From: an uncultured Chloroflexia bacterium
Lineage (GTDB): Bacteria; Chloroflexota; Limnocylindria; Limnocylindrales; CSP1-4
Direction: 5' to 3'
Assembly (NCBI GenBank): GCA_963768655.1
Contig: CAVYIM010000003.1
Coordinates: forward strand, 1 to 64,000
Length of the DNA: 64,000 nt
A program made the position numbers and the translations under genes. Shown one piece after another: positions 61,155 to 64,000 of the stretch (the stretch's first letter is position 1; each line of letters opens with the position of its first letter). The notes under the pieces are model-generated. The model worked only from the letters and a program-made list of their open reading frames with translations. It was not told the origin of the DNA and ran no database searches.

Positions 61155-62221
61155 CGTCCCGCCGTCCGTCCCGCGCCGCCCGCCCGGCGCCCCGCGTCCC
61201 GCTAGCGCCCGCGGCCCCGCCGCCCCGCTAACGGCCGCCCAGGCGGATCAGGATGATCGAGACCTCATACAGGCCGTACATGACCACGGCCATGACGATG
61301 GGACTGACGAAGTCCGCGCCCGGGGTGACGAGCTCGGAGAAGATCACGATCCCGAGGACGGCGATGCGGCGCGAGCTGCGCAGCCGGGCGGAGGTGACGA
61401 TGCCGACCTTGGACAGCAGGACGAGAACGATCGGGAACTCCATCACCACCCCGAAGGCGATGAAGAGGACGGTGACGAAGCCGAAGTAGGCGTCGGCGGT
61501 CAGCATCAGCTTGATGTCTTTGGTCTGGAAGCCATACAGGAAGCCCGAGGCGTAGGGCAGGATGAAGTACGCCACGCCTACGCCGAGGGCGAAGAAGACC
61601 ATCGCCGCGGGCACCCAGGGCCGGGCGGCCGATCGTTCGGCGGGTGTCAGCCCCGGCGATATGTAGCGCCAGAACTGGTACAGGATCACCGGCATGGCCA
61701 GGATGAACCCGACCGTGACCGCCACTTCGAGGTGGATCATGAAGGGCTCCGTCAGGCCCAGGGCGATGAGCGGCTCGGTGGTCGGCAGCGGCGCCTTTAG
61801 GATCTCGATCAGCCGATCGGACACGAGAAAGCCGATGATCGTGCCCGGCACGAGGCTGAAGATCGAGATGAAGAAGCGGTTGCGCAGCTCGATCAGGTGG
61901 GCGGCGAGGGTCATGGCCGACTTGTCGAGCGGTTCGGGAGCGGGGGCCTCGTGGCGGCGGCGGAACGGCAGGTGCAGCCAGCCTCCTCGTCGGGCCGCCG
62001 GGCCGGCGACCGGGGCCGGGCCGCTCTGCAGTTGGTAGTTCGGATCCATCATCGGTCCCAAGCTAAGCCGCACCCCCCCGGGGAGTCGCCCGGGTCGGGA
62101 GTGACCCAAGCGCACCCGCGCAGGGCCAAGTATGCCTGTCGCGGGCCCTGGGCAACTGGCGCACGCCCGCTCGGGCCGGCGGGGGAGATCGGCCGGCCCG
62201 GTCCCGATGGGGCGGAGGTCA
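61130..62221. repeat. 1092-bp direct repeat, right copy
   Basis: Runs from the last 25 nt of the beta-galactosidase gene to the galK stop codon; matches 50214-51305. Confidence 0.95.
61228..62052 (-). CDS. tatC: Twin-arginine translocase subunit TatC (copy 2)
   Basis: Protein identical to copy 1. Confidence 0.95.
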   Translation of the reverse strand: MMDPNYQLQSGPAPVAGPAARRGGWLHLPFRRRHEAPAPEPLDKSAMTLAAHLIELRNRFFISIFSLVPGTIIGFLVSDRLIEILKAPLPTTEPLIALGLTEPFMIHLEVAVTVGFILAMPVILYQFWRYISPGLTPAERSAARPWVPAAMVFFALGVGVAYFILPYASGFLYGFQTKDIKLMLTADAYFGFVTVLFIAFGVVMEFPIVLVLLSKVGIVTSARLRSSRRIAVLGIVIFSELVTPGADFVSPIVMAVVMYGLYEVSIILIRLGGR

Positions 62222-63442
62222 TGCGTCCGGCTCGACCTCGCCGGCGCCGTCGACGGCGGCGACGATGTAGACGCGAGGCTTGAGCCCGGTCCGCTTCTGA
62301 TACTGGGCCAGCACGGCGTCGCGCAGAGCCTCCTCGGCCCCGTGCTTCACGAGGCTGACCGTGCAGCCTCCGAAGCCTGCGCCTGTCATCCGGCTGGCGA
62401 CCACGCCGGGGACCGCGACGGCGATGTCCACCATGGCGTCGAGTTCCGCGGAGCTCACCTCATAGAGGTCGCGCAGCGACGCGTGGGAGGCGGCGAAGAG
62501 CCGTCCAAGCGCCGCGAGGTCCCCATCCCGGAGGGCGACCACGGTGTCCATGACGCGCCCGTCTTCGCGGACGACGTGCTCGCAGCGGCGGGCCACGACC
62601 TCGGGCAGCCGGTCGCGGTTGCGCTCCAGCATCGCCTCGTCGACGTCGCGCAGGGATTCGACGCCCGGTTCGCGCTCCGCGATCAGCCTCACGCCCAGTT
62701 CGCACTCGGAGCGTCGAGTGTTGTAGGCGGAGGCCTCCAGCCGGCGCGACGAGCCGGTTTCGCAAACGACGAGCGAAAGCCCGGGCGGCATTGGCGCGGT
62801 CTCGAACTGGTTCGTCCGACAGTCGATCAGGAGGGCGTGACGGGCCCGGCCGGCAGCGCTGGCGAACTGATCCATGATCCCGCAGTTGACGCCGACGTAG
62901 CGGTTCTCGCCCCGCTGGGCGATGGCTGCCATGGCACCGGCGTCCGGCCGCGATGCGCCGGGAACGGCGAGGGCCCAGGTCGAGGCCATCTCGAGCGCGG
63001 CCGACGAGCTCAGCCCCGACCCGATCGGAATGGTGGAGTCCATCGCGCCCCGAAAGCCACGAACAGCCAGGCCCGCATCGCGCATCGCCCAGGCGGTGGC
63101 GGCGACGTAGTCGATCCAGGACTTTGCGCCGCGCGTCTCCGGCGAGAGGCCTTCCAGGGAGAAGGAACGCGTCTCGCCGAACTCGGCGGAGGTCAGCTCC
63201 ACCTCGGGTCGATCCCACGGCCTGAACGCGATCCAGACCTCGCGATCGATGGCGGCCGGCAGGACCAATCCCTGGTTGTAGTCGGTGTGCTCGCCAATGA
63301 GATTGACGCGCCCGGGTGCGCGAACCAGCTGGGCGGGCCCGGAGGGCTCGGTTCCGGCTCCGGCCGGCAGCGCCTCGAGCCTGGCTCGCAGGGCGGCGGC
63401 CCGCGCCGCGGCCGAAGGGTTGCCGGTTTGCCCGTCGCTCAT
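62219..63442 (-). CDS. galK: Galactokinase
   Basis: APGRVNLIGEHTDYN, PIGSGLSSSAA, CGIMDQ, RMTGAGFGGC. Confidence 0.96.
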   Translation of the reverse strand: MSDGQTGNPSAAARAAALRARLEALPAGAGTEPSGPAQLVRAPGRVNLIGEHTDYNQGLVLPAAIDREVWIAFRPWDRPEVELTSAEFGETRSFSLEGLSPETRGAKSWIDYVAATAWAMRDAGLAVRGFRGAMDSTIPIGSGLSSSAALEMASTWALAVPGASRPDAGAMAAIAQRGENRYVGVNCGIMDQFASAAGRARHALLIDCRTNQFETAPMPPGLSLVVCETGSSRRLEASAYNTRRSECELGVRLIAEREPGVESLRDVDEAMLERNRDRLPEVVARRCEHVVREDGRVMDTVVALRDGDLAALGRLFAASHASLRDLYEVSSAELDAMVDIAVAVPGVVASRMTGAGFGGCTVSLVKHGAEEALRDAVLAQYQKRTGLKPRVYIVAAVDGAGEVEPDA

Positions 63443-63578
63443 TCCGTTCGCTCCTTGGCTGTGCGGCCGCCGCTATCGAATTCGGTCGAGCCAGGCCCGG
63501 TCTCGACTCGCTCAGGGGCGCGATGGTCGTGGCGCGAGGCCGGGATGTGGGACAGGACCGAGCCCGTGCGATTGGCCT

Positions 63579-64000
63579 TCAGCCAGCGCTCGAGGGCGTG
63601 GGGGGTTGCTGCTCGCCCGGGCTCGGCACTGGCTCGGCGGCCGGAATGACAGGCACGGGCGCAGCCGGCGCGGGCTCGACGGCACCCATGACAGGGTAGT
63701 TGACCGGGGCAGGCGCGACCGTGCCCATGACCGGGTAATTGACAGGAGCGGGGACAGGCGCCGCCGGGTACGCCGGCCCGGCCGCGTAGTAAGACTGGGG
63801 CGGTGGGGTGGGCTGCCCCGGTTGCTGCATCGGCTGGGGGGTACTCGCGGGCGGCGCCAGCGTCCCGGCCATCGCTCCGGTCACCGTATCGGTGATCCCC
63901 GAAGTGGCCTTCTGGAACTCCCGGACGCTCCGCCCGATCGCGGCGCCCACTTCGGGCAGCTTTCCTGGTCCCACCACGATCAGCGCGACCAGCATGATGA
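63579..64000 (-). CDS. tatA: TatA/TatB family subunit (5' end outside window)
   Basis: VALIVVGPGKLPEVGAAIGRSVREFQKA plus Pro-rich tail; TatA versus TatB not resolved. Confidence 0.75.
   Translation of the reverse strand, partial: IMLVALIVVGPGKLPEVGAAIGRSVREFQKATSGITDTVTGAMAGTLAPPASTPQPMQQPGQPTPPPQSYYAAGPAYPAAPVPAPVNYPVMGTVAPAPVNYPVMGAVEPAPAAPVPVIPAAEPVPSPGEQQPPTPSSAG

Noticed and set aside
50214-62221. Composite transposon or prophage
   Set aside because: The flanking repeats encode TatC rather than a transposase, and no integrase or phage genes are present.

Overview
High-GC bacterial chromosome segment; the gene style (Asp-box and kelch membrane proteins, many leaderless genes) suggests Chloroflexota, which is inference only. 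1-10.6 kb is the 5' part of a giant secreted minus-strand protein absent from the ORF track, built from ~20 apparently identical 333-bp and ~6 apparently identical 321-bp DUF11/DUF7507-like Ig repeats. Next come aspA, a dispersed gamma-glutamylation amine-catabolism set (APC permease, GlnA-like ligase, SDR, ALDH), ppgK, a ClbS/DfsB protein, a K+ channel, Zn-ribbon/kelch membrane proteins, murT-gatD, an ECF sigma/anti-sigma pair plus an ECF remnant, a YxlEFG-like ABC exporter, NUDIX and purE. A ~9.8-kb galactoside-use cluster is bracketed by two near-identical 1092-bp direct repeats, each carrying a full tatC, followed by galK and tatA/B. The most novel signal is a ~233-bp element with ~35-bp terminal inverted repeats. 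It occurs twice: once overlapping the 3' end of an XRE-HTH/PD-(D/E)XK nuclease gene (27.5-27.7 kb) and once gene-free in the opposite orientation (41.2-41.5 kb), suggesting a REPIN/MITE-like system or nuclease-associated structured RNA. Three genes carry single-base frameshifts, possibly sequencing errors.
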